A stretch of DNA of 64,000 nucleotides from a phage. The stretch is taken from the sequence record PZ357121.2; one strand, given 5' to 3'. A model generated the notes under the pieces. That model was not told the DNA's origin. It worked only from the letters and a program-made list of their open reading frames with translations, and made no database searches. Position numbers and translations under genes: made by a program. Positions 42,502-52,571 of the stretch are shown piece after piece. Positions within the stretch are counted from its first letter, which is position 1; every line of letters begins with the position of its first letter.

Positions 42502-43602
42502 TTACGCTGTGAAGATTTTATCCCACATCGCAACAACTGCATCTCGATTATACTTCTTCCATACTGCTTCAGCACGTTTAACTCGAGCTTCGTATGTGTC
42601 AGTGAATTCTAATACAGCTTTTGTGTAAAGCGCAACTACTTCTTTCTTAGGAGTAGAGGAATCAATTTCTACACGCACAGTATCTGGGTCGTATTCGAAT
42701 GTCGCATGAGGATAATCCTTAAAAACTAACTGGATTACAGGGACACCTTTAGAGATGGCTTCAATAGAACTATTCTCTACCGTACCTGTGTCAGGACACG
42801 TATTAATAAGTGCTTTAGCTGTTTTAAGACGTTCCATGATTTCACTGTGTGGAGCATCAATAATAACAGGATACTTAGCCGGTGGTGCCCATTTGCTTGG
42901 ACAGTATCCTGCACCATTTTCGCCTAGTGCTTTAATAGCTTCAAGAGCAACATCAGTACGACGCATTTTAGTGTCATAACGTTGTGCACTAATAATCAGA
43001 TCAGTCGCCGGGAGAACTTCTGGCTTTTCAGTCAAACAAATAACCGGATAATCTTCGGCTTCAAACAACGGATTTGCTCGCCAATAATCATAATCAATTT
43101 TGTCAGTCAGACCTGAAGTCATATAACAATATTTGCGTTCAAATTCACGGAAGGCTTTAGTAGGAGCATAACTCTTACCACCATTCTTATGAATTTGAAT
43201 AGTTTGGTCCCAAATTTGAACAATGCCACGAGATACCGGTTCAAATGGTGTTGCCATAAAATTCTTATGAACTTTAGAGAGACCTACGTCTTTAATTGCC
43301 TGAACGGTTAGTTTAGTCGGTTCCATAGTAACAACAAAATCGTATTCATGGATGCCGGCTAGTTCAACAATCTTACGAGCCATAGTATAACTCATACCTA
43401 GACTGAATTTAGTCAGATGACCAACAGGATGGTGTGTAACTTTCCAGTCACCAAACGTGTCATTATCAAAGCCGATATAATCAATATCAGCACCGATGGA
43501 CACAAGATATTTCAACACATTTAAATGTACTGCTTCAAGGCCACCTTGTACACGGTCAGGATTAAATGGGACTGCACGAGATGGGATAAACATAACTTTC
43601 AT
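42502..43602 (-). CDS. GT-B fold glycosyltransferase, candidate DNA sugar-modification enzyme
   Basis: 366 aa; C-terminal nucleotide-sugar-binding block resembling the GT4 E-x7-E motif (TGTVENSSIEAISKGVPVIQ); not a T4 alpha-gt or beta-gt homologue by eye; lies between rIIA.1 and gene 39. Confidence 0.65.
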   Translation of the reverse strand: MKVMFIPSRAVPFNPDRVQGGLEAVHLNVLKYLVSIGADIDYIGFDNDTFGDWKVTHHPVGHLTKFSLGMSYTMARKIVELAGIHEYDFVVTMEPTKLTVQAIKDVGLSKVHKNFMATPFEPVSRGIVQIWDQTIQIHKNGGKSYAPTKAFREFERKYCYMTSGLTDKIDYDYWRANPLFEAEDYPVICLTEKPEVLPATDLIISAQRYDTKMRRTDVALEAIKALGENGAGYCPSKWAPPAKYPVIIDAPHSEIMERLKTAKALINTCPDTGTVENSSIEAISKGVPVIQLVFKDYPHATFEYDPDTVRVEIDSSTPKKEVVALYTKAVLEFTDTYEARVKRAEAVWKKYNRDAVVAMWDKIFTA

Positions 43603-43644
43603 AATTAAGCCTTATTAAAATTAAAATGAAGCTCCCGAAGGAGC

Positions 43645-45462
43645 TTAGGACATCCATTCTTTACGAAGTTCTGAATCATCACCCAACAACATTTCAAAGA
43701 GTTCTTTCCAATTTTCAGGAAGTTTAACTACGTCGTACACAGGATTCTGAATCATTTCACGATATTCTGACTTTTCAAGGGAGCCCAATCCCTTGATGTA
43801 TCGAATACTATGCTTAGGCAGTGTATCTTTAACTTCTTCATACTCAGCTACAGTATAAAACCATTTTTGAGTTTTGCCAATTTGTGCAATAATTACAGGC
43901 GTTTTAACAAAGCGAATACGTCCTTGTTCGAACAATTCGGGCCAATTACTAAAGAAAGCAAGCAAAGCCGGATAAATACTTCCAAGACCATCATGATCGG
44001 CATCGGTCATAATTGCAATATTACGATAGTTCGTATTCTCTGCCTTTTCACCAAGAATAAGACCTGTGATAGCACAGATATCAAAGAGCTCTTTGTTCTT
44101 CATCATATCAGCATATGACATACCCCAGCTATTCATCACCTTACCACGTAATGGGAATCCACCGTGTAGTTCACGGTCACGAACATCAATGAGATAACCA
44201 ATTGCCGAATCACCTTCTGTTAAAAACAATGTCGTATCTGCATCTTTACCACATTGGTTAGCTTTAATATGCTTATGAACCTTAGCTTTAGTTGCCTTTT
44301 TAGCTGCTTTAGTTTCTGCAGCCTTTTCTGCTGCCAATTTACGAGCTAATGCTGCTTCAACAATAGGCATAATCAAGGCTTCGTTTTTAAGAAGTGCCTG
44401 AGCAATTTTCTTAGCATCTAATTGGATATGATTACGAATATCGCCATACGTTGACGTTAAACGTTCTTTAGTCTGAGAATCAAAACGCATGTTGCTCATG
44501 TCTCTAATAAACATCAACATTGTGAGACATTCTTTAACACGAGCTTTAGTGACTTCAATACCCTTATATTTCTTTTTAATGCCGGGCAAAAGATGTTCGC
44601 AGATATCATCCATTACACATTCAACATGATGACCACCATTTTTAGTATGGATGTTATTCACATAAGTTAAATGACGGAAGCCATCTGGTGATGTTGTGAA
44701 TGCTATAGAGACTTTATCATTTTCTTGAATGATGTTATCTTCGCCAAATTGTTTAGCAAATCGTTTAAAATTACCATCAACCTTTTTACCATTAAATGTG
44801 AACTTGATATCAGGATAAACGACTGCCAATGTTTGAAGACGGTCTAAAGTAATATCTAAATAAATTTGAGATAAATTATGCTCTTCAAATGAAGAGAAAT
44901 CAGGAGTGAAGATTACTTTAGTGCCTTTACCTTTAGATTTCTTAGAAGACCACGATTTGTTTTCCATTCCGTTTGAACAGTTAACAGTGATTTCATTTTC
45001 GCCATCTGACGTTATGCCTGTAAACAACGTAGAGAAGATATTAGTTAAACTACTCCCGACGCCGTTCATACCACCAGTCTTGCGTTCAGAGTCATCACCA
45101 AAGTTACCGCCGGCCTTTGGAATAGTCCAGGCTGCTACAGGCCCAGGAATTTGTTCACCTGTTTGGTCGGTAACTAAACCTTGAGGAATACCACGTCCGT
45201 TATCTTCCACCGAAACTTGATTATTTTTAATTTGCACATCAATTTTATTTGCAAACTTAAATGATGTACGAATAGCTTCATCAACCGAGTTGTCAATAAT
45301 CTCATCGATTAATTTAACCAGACCAGGAACATATTCAACTTGTTGATATTTACCAAACAAAAAACGCTCGTGGGCTTCTTTGGCCGAAGAACCAATATAC
45401 ATGCCACTACGTTTCTTAATATGTTCTACATCTGACAATACCTTAATTTCATTTTTAATCAT
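43645..45462 (-). CDS. 39: DNA topoisomerase II large subunit, fused gp39 + gp60 equivalent
   Basis: 605 aa continuous ORF with GyrB-like ATPase and Toprim regions; the length corresponds to T4 gp39 plus gp60 in one polypeptide. Confidence 0.9.
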   Translation of the reverse strand: MIKNEIKVLSDVEHIKKRSGMYIGSSAKEAHERFLFGKYQQVEYVPGLVKLIDEIIDNSVDEAIRTSFKFANKIDVQIKNNQVSVEDNGRGIPQGLVTDQTGEQIPGPVAAWTIPKAGGNFGDDSERKTGGMNGVGSSLTNIFSTLFTGITSDGENEITVNCSNGMENKSWSSKKSKGKGTKVIFTPDFSSFEEHNLSQIYLDITLDRLQTLAVVYPDIKFTFNGKKVDGNFKRFAKQFGEDNIIQENDKVSIAFTTSPDGFRHLTYVNNIHTKNGGHHVECVMDDICEHLLPGIKKKYKGIEVTKARVKECLTMLMFIRDMSNMRFDSQTKERLTSTYGDIRNHIQLDAKKIAQALLKNEALIMPIVEAALARKLAAEKAAETKAAKKATKAKVHKHIKANQCGKDADTTLFLTEGDSAIGYLIDVRDRELHGGFPLRGKVMNSWGMSYADMMKNKELFDICAITGLILGEKAENTNYRNIAIMTDADHDGLGSIYPALLAFFSNWPELFEQGRIRFVKTPVIIAQIGKTQKWFYTVAEYEEVKDTLPKHSIRYIKGLGSLEKSEYREMIQNPVYDVVKLPENWKELFEMLLGDDSELRKEWMS

Positions 45463-45505
45463 GTTGTCTCCTCGTTATGAAGGTATTCTATCATCCGAAA
45501 TCTAA

Positions 45506-45527
45506 AGCAAAAAGGGCCGAAGCCCTT
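45506..45527 (-). terminator. terminator-like hairpin upstream of gene 39
   Basis: aagggccgaagccctt followed on the minus strand by a short T-run; overlaps the stop of ORF 45526-45948. Confidence 0.45.
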
Positions 45528-45948
45528 ATTTAAATTTAATTTTCTGAAGTGCATCAATTGCAGCCAAACGCCCTTGTTCACTTTTAACTGTAATGACCAC
45601 ATCGCCTGATACGATCACCGAACCATCAACAAATTCTATAGAGCCTTTTTTGAAATCGACAGCTGTATCTGGTTCCGGAACTTCTTCAAAGAATTTAAAT
45701 TCTGCACCATAAAGCAGAATATCACCTTGCATACTAATGATTGTACGCCCAGGTCCATCGGTTTCAGCGGCAATCATTGAAACACCGTAACCAATCATCT
45801 CTTCTACAATAAAATCTCTTGATAATAAAACTGTATGCAGAGTAGTGTTAAGACGTTTACCAGTTGTATTAAGAATTCTCAAGAAATTATCTTCTTGACC
45901 TTTGATAATACGATATTTCTTACCAACTTCAAAACCTTTAAAAGCCAT
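45526..45948 (-). CDS. hypothetical protein
   Basis: 140-aa ORF. Confidence 0.5.
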   Translation of the reverse strand: MAFKGFEVGKKYRIIKGQEDNFLRILNTTGKRLNTTLHTVLLSRDFIVEEMIGYGVSMIAAETDGPGRTIISMQGDILLYGAEFKFFEEVPEPDTAVDFKKGSIEFVDGSVIVSGDVVITVKSEQGRLAAIDALQKIKFK

Positions 45949-45950
45949 AA

Positions 45951-46130
45951 TTAACCCTTCTTAAGTAAGTCGTAAAAACCACCGTTCACATGTTTAGGAG
46001 CAGAAACCCGACGAGTAGACAGACGATGACATTCAGGGCAAACATCGTTTTCTCGTTCAGAAATTCTTTTAATTTTTTCATATTCATGACCACAATCTTC
46101 AGATTGGCATTTATAGTCGTATAACGGCAT
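45951..46130 (-). CDS. zinc-ribbon protein (FmdB-like CxxC...CxxC), 59 aa, absent from the ORF track
   Basis: Minus ORF MPLYDYKCQSEDCGHEYEKIKRISERENDVCPECHRLSTRRVSAP...; two CxxC pairs about 22 residues apart. Confidence 0.5.
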   Translation of the reverse strand: MPLYDYKCQSEDCGHEYEKIKRISERENDVCPECHRLSTRRVSAPKHVNGGFYDLLKKG

Positions 46131-46132
46131 TA

Positions 46133-46561
46133 TTATTCCTTAAAATGTGCTTTCAACATTTGATACAAAGACCATGCCTGGTCATTATTTTCGATAGTAA
46201 TCGTCATCACAGGAAATTCAGACAATTCGCCAAGTTCACCAGAATCTTGCTCTTCAGACGCTTGATATGGATTTTCCACTTCATCAAAAAACTCTGCTTC
46301 GTTCGTGGAGAGCCAGATAAAGTTTTCATCAAGGATATCACCGCCTGTGGCGTATCCAACAGTGCCAGTAGATGTCACAATTTTAGTAGGACGTCCAAGA
46401 TGGTCAACATCTAATACTTTAAACGGTTCCATGCCAAGACGTCGTGCATAAATCCCATTATCAGTGTGGTCTTTAATAAACTCTTCTTGGGCACGTTTAT
46501 CTATAAATTGATACCATGAGTTAACGCGGAATTTATTAGCCATTAGTAAGTTTCCTTCCAA
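46133..46561 (-). CDS. hypothetical protein
   Basis: 142-aa ORF; likely true start at the ATG overlapping the upstream stop (46543). Confidence 0.5.
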   Translation of the reverse strand: MEGNLLMANKFRVNSWYQFIDKRAQEEFIKDHTDNGIYARRLGMEPFKVLDVDHLGRPTKIVTSTGTVGYATGGDILDENFIWLSTNEAEFFDEVENPYQASEEQDSGELGELSEFPVMTITIENNDQAWSLYQMLKAHFKE

Positions 46562-46815
46562 TAAGTTGTACCATTTTCAGTGATTTCACGGAAGATACCA
46601 TAGATAGGCATTTTGTCACCGAGTTTTTCATAAACGTAAACCACTTCGGTGTAGCATAAAAATTCAGTCCAGTTTTTCTGTACAACAACTAAATCAGGAT
46701 TAAACAGAACATCTTCAAACTCATCGATGTTTGAATCAGTGGTTACGTTTTTAATGATTTGACGTTTCATAATATTCTCCTCTTGTTTTGATAGGTCTAT
46801 AGTATCATAGGCCAT
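46543..46815 (-). CDS. hypothetical protein
   Basis: 90-aa ORF downstream of an early promoter. Confidence 0.5.
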   Translation of the reverse strand: MAYDTIDLSKQEENIMKRQIIKNVTTDSNIDEFEDVLFNPDLVVVQKNWTEFLCYTEVVYVYEKLGDKMPIYGIFREITENGTTYWKETY

Positions 46816-46827
46816 AGTTGTTGTACA

Positions 46828-47409
46828 TCATTTTAGCAAAATAAAATCAACTTGTTCTGCCAATGAACGTCTAAACATTAATTGACAACTTCCGAGGATG
46901 AAATCAGGTGCTTCATAGACCGCGATGTAGTATCCTTTAGCTTTCAAAAGTTCAACATCCACCTGGTCATCAAACCATGCATAAACCGCGTCAACACTTT
47001 CAAATCCAAAATAGAACCCTTGGGCCCAATCTTCACTCAATTCAAATGTGTGCTCAATTCTATAGTATCTTAAGATATTTTGTTCAAGGAGTTTGTCTTC
47101 ATTTACTGTAGGACGATTAGGGACATTATAGTTGTCACCGTGATGGTAGAAGTTACCTGAGATTATTCCATGTTTATCAAGGAACTCCCATGTTTCTTCA
47201 GAGTTGTCGGTGCCCGACCAACCGTATGGCGAACGAGGTTCTTTATTCCAAGAGGTTTCCCAAATTCTGACGGCTTTACCATCTTCGATAGCAATTCCTG
47301 GTAATGATTCACGTTGAGTACAAAAACTACGTTCTACGCGGTAAACTAACATATTATTCTCCTCTGGTTGATATGGGTATAATATCAAAACCAGAGGAGA
47401 AGTAAACAA
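46828..47409 (-). CDS. hypothetical protein
   Basis: Track ORF overlaps an early promoter; probable ATG at 47352 (MLVYRVERS...) with GAGGAG RBS gives about 174 aa. Confidence 0.5.
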   Translation of the reverse strand: MFTSPLVLILYPYQPEENNMLVYRVERSFCTQRESLPGIAIEDGKAVRIWETSWNKEPRSPYGWSGTDNSEETWEFLDKHGIISGNFYHHGDNYNVPNRPTVNEDKLLEQNILRYYRIEHTFELSEDWAQGFYFGFESVDAVYAWFDDQVDVELLKAKGYYIAVYEAPDFILGSCQLMFRRSLAEQVDFILLK

Positions 47410-47411
47410 CT

Positions 47412-47831
47412 TTATGCGAAAGCAGCTGGGGTATATTTTTTAATTTGGAATTCAGGAACTACCATGAACTGACCAGCGAAAACGATGTTATAAAGCTTAA
47501 CACCATCTTCTACCCAACGGTCGCTGATAAATCCGGCGATTTGCTTAGTTTTCCACGGTGTTCCATCAGTTGCCGCAGCAATAGTGAATTCATGGTCTTT
47601 TTCAACAGAAACTGATCTGCATAGTCCCCATTTGAACGCTTTTTCTTCTGGTTCAATGAACTGGCTTGAGACGTAGCCAATATTACCATTAGCATCACGA
47701 ACTTTAACTTGGTTACGACCAAAAACCGGATCACTCACAGAAATAACTTCAACCAACTTCCCGGCAACTTTAGAGCGAGAAGCAACAGATACATATACGT
47801 AATCACCTGTAGAGAGATTTACAATATTCAT
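47412..47831 (-). CDS. MotB-like protein, paralogue of the adjacent gene
   Basis: 139 aa; shares motifs with ORF 47841-48338 (VSxASRSKxAGKLVEV, KLYNIVFxGxFxVV). Confidence 0.55.
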   Translation of the reverse strand: MNIVNLSTGDYVYVSVASRSKVAGKLVEVISVSDPVFGRNQVKVRDANGNIGYVSSQFIEPEEKAFKWGLCRSVSVEKDHEFTIAAATDGTPWKTKQIAGFISDRWVEDGVKLYNIVFAGQFMVVPEFQIKKYTPAAFA

Positions 47832-47840
47832 AATAATTCC

Positions 47841-48338
47841 TTAAGCTTTATGAGGAGACACATAGCGAGTGATTTCAGATTCTTTAACAACTCGGAAGTC
47901 ACCTAAGAATACGATATTGTATAACTTTTCACCATCTTCAACCCATTGGTCACTAATGAAGCCACACATAGTATCAGTTTTGCTTGGATAACCGTATTCG
48001 TCGATGTAATCAAATTCTTTATCGGTTATAAATTCAACGCCTTTGCAAAGAGCCCATTTGAACTGTGTAGTAGGCTCAACGATATCGCTTGAAGCAAAGT
48101 GTGCAGGTGCAACTTCTTCGCTTGAAGCAAATTGGACTCGTATATGTTTTTCCAGGAATTTAGGACTTACGTAAGCATACTGGGCATCTTGTCCGCCAAA
48201 ACTGGGCATGATTCGAACTTTAACTTCTTTAATACGTCCCATGCCATTTGTGCGAAGTCCGACAACTTCAACCAGACGACCTGCGGCTTTAGACCGGGAT
48301 GCAGTTGATACACGCTTAATTTCACCAATAGTAATCAT
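47841..48338 (-). CDS. motB: MotB (modifier of transcription)
   Basis: 165 aa (T4 MotB 162 aa), N-terminus MITIGEIKRVS...; directly upstream of dexA as in T4. Confidence 0.65.
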   Translation of the reverse strand: MITIGEIKRVSTASRSKAAGRLVEVVGLRTNGMGRIKEVKVRIMPSFGGQDAQYAYVSPKFLEKHIRVQFASSEEVAPAHFASSDIVEPTTQFKWALCKGVEFITDKEFDYIDEYGYPSKTDTMCGFISDQWVEDGEKLYNIVFLGDFRVVKESEITRYVSPHKA

Positions 48339-48404
48339 AATTTTTTCTCTCTTTGTTTAAGTTGAATTCATTATACTCCATCCATCCTTGGATGTAAACT
48401 GATT

Positions 48405-49082
48405 TTATCGCTGTTTTACACTTAACGGGTCAGGATTCTCAGGGACATCTTCAAGGCCAAGCGCATAACGCTGAGCATATTTTAACATCAAAATATCTTT
48501 AGCACAATCATGAATACTATCATGGGCAACGAATCCTTTTAGCGTACCCATCGGTAATGGACACATACTTAATCCTCGTGTCAACGAGTAAGCTTCGATT
48601 GCCGTACGAATATCGCGTTGAGCCCAGAATTTAACCGGTTCTAATTTATCAGTATCAATCTCTGGTTCAAGAACACCTTCATCACGATAGAGGTCACGAA
48701 TCAAATCGACCAAGATCGGGAAGTCAAAGCTCATACCACGGCACCACATCTGTGATTTCCATTGGTCAACTTTATTAGCTCGGCAATAGTCTAAAAAGAT
48801 TTTAATGCCTTCAAGCGTAGTGACGTCGTCTTCAGACGGAGCCAAGTTTTTACGTGCTTCAGCCGATTGTTCTTTCCACCATTTCATAGTGGATTTAGCG
48901 AAAACTCGCTTCCCTTTCTGAGAAGCTAAATTAAATTTAATTCGCTTACCTCGTTGAACAAGTTCTTCAAATGATTCAACAACTTCAGGGTCGGAATTAT
49001 ATGCAATAACCGCAAGGTCAATAACAGCCGCTTTTGATGTATTGCCGAATGTTTCAAAATCTATAATAACATCAGTGCTCAT
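48405..49082 (-). CDS. dexA: exonuclease A
   Basis: 225 aa (T4 DexA 227 aa), DnaQ-like exonuclease in the T4 position. Confidence 0.8.
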   Translation of the reverse strand: MSTDVIIDFETFGNTSKAAVIDLAVIAYNSDPEVVESFEELVQRGKRIKFNLASQKGKRVFAKSTMKWWKEQSAEARKNLAPSEDDVTTLEGIKIFLDYCRANKVDQWKSQMWCRGMSFDFPILVDLIRDLYRDEGVLEPEIDTDKLEPVKFWAQRDIRTAIEAYSLTRGLSMCPLPMGTLKGFVAHDSIHDCAKDILMLKYAQRYALGLEDVPENPDPLSVKQR

Positions 49083-49091
49083 AATTTTCTC

Positions 49092-50405
49092 TCAAATAAA
49101 ATGGACGTCAAACCGACCACGAGTTGTGCCGACATACAATAACTGTTTAGCTAATTCTGAATCGGCGTAATGGATACACGGTGTATAAACAAAGGCCGTG
49201 TCAACAGACATACCCTGGGCCTTATGGAAGGTCGATACTGGTAGTGCCTTCACCTTAGTGAACATACGTTTAGCATCCCAGAATTCGCTCCATGGGGCTT
49301 TACCACCTTTATTCCAAAATTTGTATGTTTCTGCGGTCTTAGCCAAAAACAAATTGAATTTATAAAGCTCTTCTTCAGAAGAAATAACCTTTATATCTTC
49401 GCGGATGTATTCTTCATCATCCCCATATGTTTCTACTGTAAGATTCCAGTATCGTATCATATATTCGCCTGAAACACCACGTGCTTTAACGAATGTAGAC
49501 GTTTCTACAGCATCTCGAATACGAACGAATTGACCGTTATTGAAAAGCATTTCGGTCATATTTTTACCATCTAGCTTATATGTCTTAGTAAATGGCTCTT
49601 GTAGAACAATGACTTCGTCTTTAATAAATGGTTTTTCTGTTTCAAGAAGTTTTCGGCGAATAATTGAATTTAACTTGTTCACCGACTTATTTGTGAATGC
49701 CATCATTCGATTTTCGAAAAGGTCTTCAGGAGTTTTAACGACGTTAAAATAGTTCATCATATACGATTTAAGGTCTGTATATCCGTGAACACCATGTCCA
49801 TCAACTACTTTATCATAAATCCATTTGCCATTACGAATATCAGTCGCAACATCAATAATCGGTGCATTGCTACGTTTAACTTCTGTAAGGTTGCATTGCA
49901 CGAAGTCTTTGTGGGTGAAGAAAGGACTTAGATACGCAGTTGATTCACCTGGGTCTACCGGACGAATCTGACATCGGTCGCCGATTCCAATTACTGTACA
50001 CCATTTAGGGATACTAGCTAACATTATTTTAAACAGAGAACGGTCGCACATTGACGCTTCATCAAATAACAGTACACGGCACAAGGCTAAGTCAGGAACC
50101 TTTTTCTGTTCAAACAATACGTTTTCTTCGTATGTAGTTGGGTTGATTTTAAGAATGCTATGAATAGTCGATGCTTCTTGACCCGCAAGTTTGCTTAGAA
50201 CCTTTTTAGCAGCATGTGTAGGGGCTGCTAAAATAATACCTGATTCTCCGGAAGAAATAAGGGCTTCAACGATGAATCTAGTAAGGGTTGTTTTACCTGT
50301 ACCAGCAGGCCCATTAATAGTTACGTGATGTTTCTTTTCTTTAATAGCGTTCATAACAACGTTGAAGGCGTTTTTCTGACCTTCAGTCAAATCATCAAAT
50401 GTCAT
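49092..50405 (-). CDS. dda: Dda DNA helicase (SF1B)
   Basis: 437 aa, Walker A GPAGTGKTT, high similarity to T4 Dda over full length. Confidence 0.95.
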   Translation of the reverse strand: MTFDDLTEGQKNAFNVVMNAIKEKKHHVTINGPAGTGKTTLTRFIVEALISSGESGIILAAPTHAAKKVLSKLAGQEASTIHSILKINPTTYEENVLFEQKKVPDLALCRVLLFDEASMCDRSLFKIMLASIPKWCTVIGIGDRCQIRPVDPGESTAYLSPFFTHKDFVQCNLTEVKRSNAPIIDVATDIRNGKWIYDKVVDGHGVHGYTDLKSYMMNYFNVVKTPEDLFENRMMAFTNKSVNKLNSIIRRKLLETEKPFIKDEVIVLQEPFTKTYKLDGKNMTEMLFNNGQFVRIRDAVETSTFVKARGVSGEYMIRYWNLTVETYGDDEEYIREDIKVISSEEELYKFNLFLAKTAETYKFWNKGGKAPWSEFWDAKRMFTKVKALPVSTFHKAQGMSVDTAFVYTPCIHYADSELAKQLLYVGTTRGRFDVHFI

Positions 50406-50713
50406 CGTAAAGTCCCTGCAATTGGAATACTAACAATACGGCCTGTATCCAGGATTCGTTGATACAATTTTTGCGTCTCCGCATCTAGTTTAATGTGTTT
50501 CATTTCAAGCTTATTAAACCAGAACTTACGCGGAGTTTCGACCATTCTTAGAACTCCCATTTTTAAATCTGTTTTATACTGTGTTTTCAAAGTATCGAAA
50601 ACTTTATCTGCAATATCCTTTCTAAAAAATACTGCAGGACGATGCTCATCAAGTGGAACCGGGACAGTAAATCCTTCCATATCTCGATAAACTATTGCAT
50701 ATACATAAACCAT
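50402..50713 (-). CDS. hypothetical protein (dda.1 position)
   Basis: 103-aa ORF with 4-nt overlap onto dda. Confidence 0.5.
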   Translation of the reverse strand: MVYVYAIVYRDMEGFTVPVPLDEHRPAVFFRKDIADKVFDTLKTQYKTDLKMGVLRMVETPRKFWFNKLEMKHIKLDAETQKLYQRILDTGRIVSIPIAGTLR

Positions 50714-50715
50714 AA

Positions 50716-51462
50716 TTAACCTTTAATCAGTTGGAATAATGATGCGCTAAGTGGTAAGCCACGTTTCAATTTTAATTTACCAATGAAACCAATCTTTTCA
50801 AAACGTTGCAGACCTTGGATAACTTTATCATATGTATCGAAAAGCGATTCAGCGTCAGTTAATTTAGTTTTAGTTTTCCAGTCAGAGCCTTTAAGAAGAA
50901 CGTTGAGTTTAGTAAGTTCATGGCCTTCTGCTTGATGTGAGCCATTAATGCGTGCTTTCAAAGCAACAATTCTAAGTTTAGATTCGTTAGATAAAGGTTG
51001 ATTTTTCATCATGTTCGCCATATGCTTAACACGATTTTCACGTTTTGCTCGGATTTTTAAAATAGTGCCATAAACCTTTTTAATTTGGGCCCATTTCTTC
51101 TCGTCGAGATTAAGTTTCTCTACTTTACGGACAGAAGGATTAGCGATACGTCTTGCAATGGCATCACGTTTCTCAATAAGTTCTTCTAATGTTAAATCAG
51201 AACGAGCCGTGTTATATTTTTTCTTAACTGGGATAACATTACCTTTAATGTAGCCGATATCGTTATTAAAACGTTCTAAGGATAATTTCTCACCTTCAAC
51301 AGAGTTATTGAAAGATTCACCTGAGTAAGCGCAGACCTTTTGATCAAGAATGTTTTTAAGGTAATTAAAGTCTAAGTTAAAATCCTTAGAGCGTCTCTTC
51401 GCAGAAGCTCTGGTGTGGTCAAGACGACGATTGATTTTGTTAATTTTATTATTTGATAACAT
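50716..51462 (-). CDS. srd: Srd-like protein, called by position and size
   Basis: 248-aa basic protein between dda.1 and mod, matching the T4 srd locus. Confidence 0.5.
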   Translation of the reverse strand: MLSNNKINKINRRLDHTRASAKRRSKDFNLDFNYLKNILDQKVCAYSGESFNNSVEGEKLSLERFNNDIGYIKGNVIPVKKKYNTARSDLTLEELIEKRDAIARRIANPSVRKVEKLNLDEKKWAQIKKVYGTILKIRAKRENRVKHMANMMKNQPLSNESKLRIVALKARINGSHQAEGHELTKLNVLLKGSDWKTKTKLTDAESLFDTYDKVIQGLQRFEKIGFIGKLKLKRGLPLSASLFQLIKG

Positions 51463-51615
51463 AATATTTTCCTCTGTCTTACGGACGTTAAGGTCATTTA
51501 GCTGATAAGCTTATAATATCATGCCCTCAGGTAGTGTACACTCTTTTTTCATAAAATGCTTTAATTTTTTATGTGTTATAATGGTTCTGAATTCCATCCG
51601 GTTATTCCAATCCAG

Positions 51616-52224
51616 TCAGTAACCAACAATAGACAGATTCCAGATTGTATAACGTCCATCTTGAATAATAGAATCTACACGCAGTGTAGTCCCTATAGGG
51701 AGCATAAATTCACATTCGTCAGATATAAGTCTAGCATTAGACCGTCTTGTCGCTTCAGGGAAAGCTCCATTGAACTCACAAGATGGCGCAGCCAGAATCA
51801 TGTTAAGCATATGTTCACGGAAGTTGAAAGCAAATGGTGCATCTTTGATGCAGAACATAGTAAATGTTCCGTAAAAATTATACGAAGCAAAGTTACGTGC
51901 TACACCGAACACTGGGCTGAAGCTCATTACTCTGTCAAATTTAATAATACTACCAATGCCTTTATCATCGAGTGTGGCCATAGTTTTCTTAGAGATTCCA
52001 CGATACATTGTCTCAGGAACAGAAGACGTCCAATTTCTACGAACGATTGAACTTAACTCCTGTTGAATACAGTCTGGCTTGTTTTCCATACATTGCCATA
52101 GTACACTTTGTTCAATGTCGCTGAATTGACTATCAATTTCGTACTGCAATACATCTTGATATTCGGGGTTTTGAGCACGACGAACCATTTCTTCAATTTC
52201 ACACTCATTATACGGCATAAACAT
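51616..52224 (-). CDS. ADP-ribosyltransferase ModA/ModB family
   Basis: 202 aa with R-S-E-type elements (YRGIS, SFSP, ECEF) in the T4 modA/modB position; only one copy seen here. Confidence 0.6.
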   Translation of the reverse strand: MFMPYNECEIEEMVRRAQNPEYQDVLQYEIDSQFSDIEQSVLWQCMENKPDCIQQELSSIVRRNWTSSVPETMYRGISKKTMATLDDKGIGSIIKFDRVMSFSPVFGVARNFASYNFYGTFTMFCIKDAPFAFNFREHMLNMILAAPSCEFNGAFPEATRRSNARLISDECEFMLPIGTTLRVDSIIQDGRYTIWNLSIVGY

Positions 52225-52571
52225 TTAGGTTTCTCCTCTGGTTGATAAAAGTATAGTATCATCGTCGGTAGAGTTTGTACACTAAAAATTCAATATTTTC
52301 AAATGAATGATTTTGTTAGGTATTCGCGTTCTTGAAGTTCAGATTGACATGTCATGATAGACCTCCATTTAAAGATAAGCCTATCATAACACGAGAGGAG
52401 GGAATGTAAACTACTTTTTAAGCTTTCCTACTAAAGGTCCTGATGGACCTGGTTGTTCTAACATGAATAATGATGCTTTAAAAAGCAATGCCAACCCTTT
52501 CACCATTCGATACCATGCCTCAAAGTCTTTTTCCTTGATTTCTAGTAAGAATTTCTCTTTAAATTTCTCTT

